The position numbers were made by a program, and so were the translations under genes. A stretch of DNA of 64,000 nucleotides from an uncultured Actinomycetes bacterium (GTDB taxonomy: Bacteria; Actinomycetota; Thermoleophilia; RBG-16-64-13): the NCBI GenBank assembly GCA_963706025.1, contig CAVPLM010000011.1, positions 64,055 to 128,054 on the forward strand, read 5' to 3'. Shown here piece after piece: positions 62,696 to 64,000 of the stretch. The first letter of the stretch is position 1. Each line of letters begins with the position of its first letter. The notes under the pieces were generated by a model. That model saw only the letters and a program-made list of their open reading frames with translations. It made no database searches and was not told where the DNA came from.

Positions 62696-63222
62696 CCATC
62701 CAGACGGCTCCGGTGCCGCGCGTGCTACCTCGATCGATCCCTGCCGTGTCACCGAGGCGAGATTCGTCGCCGCGGACTCCGTGCTCTACCTCCGATTCGA
62801 GGACGGCCTGGAAAGGGCGGTGCGCTGGGCCGATCTGCCGTTTGCCCGCCGGCTGGGCATCGCCCCGGTCGCCGCCTCAGTCGGCTCGGGAGGAGTCCGT
62901 GACTCTTATCGACCGGACCGGCCGTGAGGTGGACGTGAGCGCGGAGAGCCTGCGGGCCGCTCTCGACGAGGAGTACCGTGCCCGGCTCCTGTCGGCCGAC
63001 GACGACGAGCGAAGGATAGTGGGGGCGAGACTCCGCACGGTGAGGGAGAGCCTGGGCCTGAGCCAGCTGGAAGTGTCGCGCCGGAGCGGCATCGCCCAGG
63101 AGTCGCTCAGCAGGATAGAGATGGGCCGTCGTGACCCGCGCCTCGGGACGCTTCGGAGACTGGCCCGGGGGATGGGGCTGTCGCTCGACCAGCTCATGGA
63201 AAGGCTGTCGGTGGCTCCATAG
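62692..63222 (+). CDS. DUF2442-like domain fused to XRE HTH (putative antitoxin; frameshifted)
   Basis: Alternate frame gives VTEARFVAADSVLYLRFEDG; C-terminal GARLRTVRESLGLSQLEVSRRSGIAQESLSRIEMG. The ATG overlaps the DUF4160 stop. Confidence 0.65.
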   Translation: MTIQTAPVPRVLPRSIPAVSPRRDSSPRTPCSTSDSRTAWKGRCAGPICRLPAGWASPRSPPQSAREESVTLIDRTGREVDVSAESLRAALDEEYRARLLSADDDERRIVGARLRTVRESLGLSQLEVSRRSGIAQESLSRIEMGRRDPRLGTLRRLARGMGLSLDQLMERLSVAP

Positions 63223-63634
63223 ACCGGGCGCGTCATCCCACCCTCTTCGGTATCGCCGCGGTCCCCTGCTCCAGGCGGCCGCTTCTTGGCTGAGACGGTG
63301 CCGTCGCCGTAAGTGCTCATTCCTCGCGGCGTCCGCGCAGGACGCTCGGATCAGGTATAGGCGCCATCTCCCGGCCGGAGTTCGAGGGCTTCTGGGCGAC
63401 CCGCGCCCGCGAAGTACTCCCGTACTCGCTGCGCAGCAACTTCGTCGGAGGTGGTCGAAGCGGTACGGTCTGGACCGCACGCGGCCTGTCCCAAAGAGGA
63501 GGGTCGCGCAGGCAAGGAGCATCACACCCAGGCCTATTGAGCTGCTCCTGTGTAGCCTGCGAGACCAGTCACGAGCAGCCATGCTTGCCCCTCCGTCCGG
63601 TACAGGTCCGGCCCTCAGCTCAGGAGTTCGGACA

Positions 63635-63873
63635 CCCTCCTTGAGCATGGCGTTATCCAGGGAGAGATCGGCCACCAGCTTCTTCAGGCACAGGTTCTCG
63701 GCTTCCAGCTCTTTCGGACGCCTAAGCTCCTTGGTGTTCATACCGGCATACAAGCTCTTCCACCGGTGATAGGTCTTCTCGGATACCGCCAGTTCCTGGC
63801 AGATCTGAGAGACGCTGCGGCCGGCGGCCTGACCGGCTTCCGCATCCCGCAGGAGCCGCACGATCTGCAGCAA
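63635..63873 (-). mobile_element. IS3-family transposase OrfA fragment
   Basis: QIVRLLRDAEAG...VSQICQELAVSEKTYHRWKSLYAGM...KELEAEN..LKKLVADLSLDNAMLKE; no OrfB follows. Confidence 0.8.
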
Positions 63874-64000
63874 GCGGCGCCTGCGCCTGCCGGCCCAGGC
63901 AAGGAGAAGCGCCGGCCCGGCCGCCACCAGGACACCCACCGGCCGGTGGACCGCTTCTGCCGACTGACTCTACCGACCATCGGCCTATTATGGGGCAAGA

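Overview
High-GC bacterial DNA, probably Actinomycetota (inferred from GC content, an ECF-type promoter and a probable leaderless gene). Many otherwise intact genes carry single-base frameshifts, which looks like long-read indel error, so several CDS calls join adjacent ORFs. (1) 1-7.75 kb: four paralogous TIR-transmembrane-Kelch beta-propeller genes in two divergent pairs around a TIR-TM gene, a TIR remnant and a pseudo-tRNA. This Toll-like-receptor-like cluster is the best candidate for a new system. (2) 7.9-12.6 kb: a tRNA-Ser 3' fragment, a conserved promoter/structured-leader module and lipoprotein or membrane genes. (3) 12.9-29 kb: GH3-like ligase, Zur-like regulator plus Zn-binding protein with an operator, SDR, queF-C-D-E, J-domain protein, Zn peptidase, MFS, SulP, amidohydrolase and an LssY-C protein. 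(4) 29-51 kb: two divergent SLH/beta-propeller surface proteins, ABC transporters, an ECF sigma factor with a PQQ-repeat anti-sigma, a CHRD lipoprotein and an XRE/MBL/flavodoxin operon. (5) 51.8-64 kb: a decayed integration hotspot with repeated tRNA-Phe 3' fragments, two serine-recombinase C-terminal remnants, four toxin-antitoxin modules, a 5'-nucleotidase, a group II intron 3' remnant and an IS3 fragment. No rRNA, intact tRNA or CRISPR array was seen.
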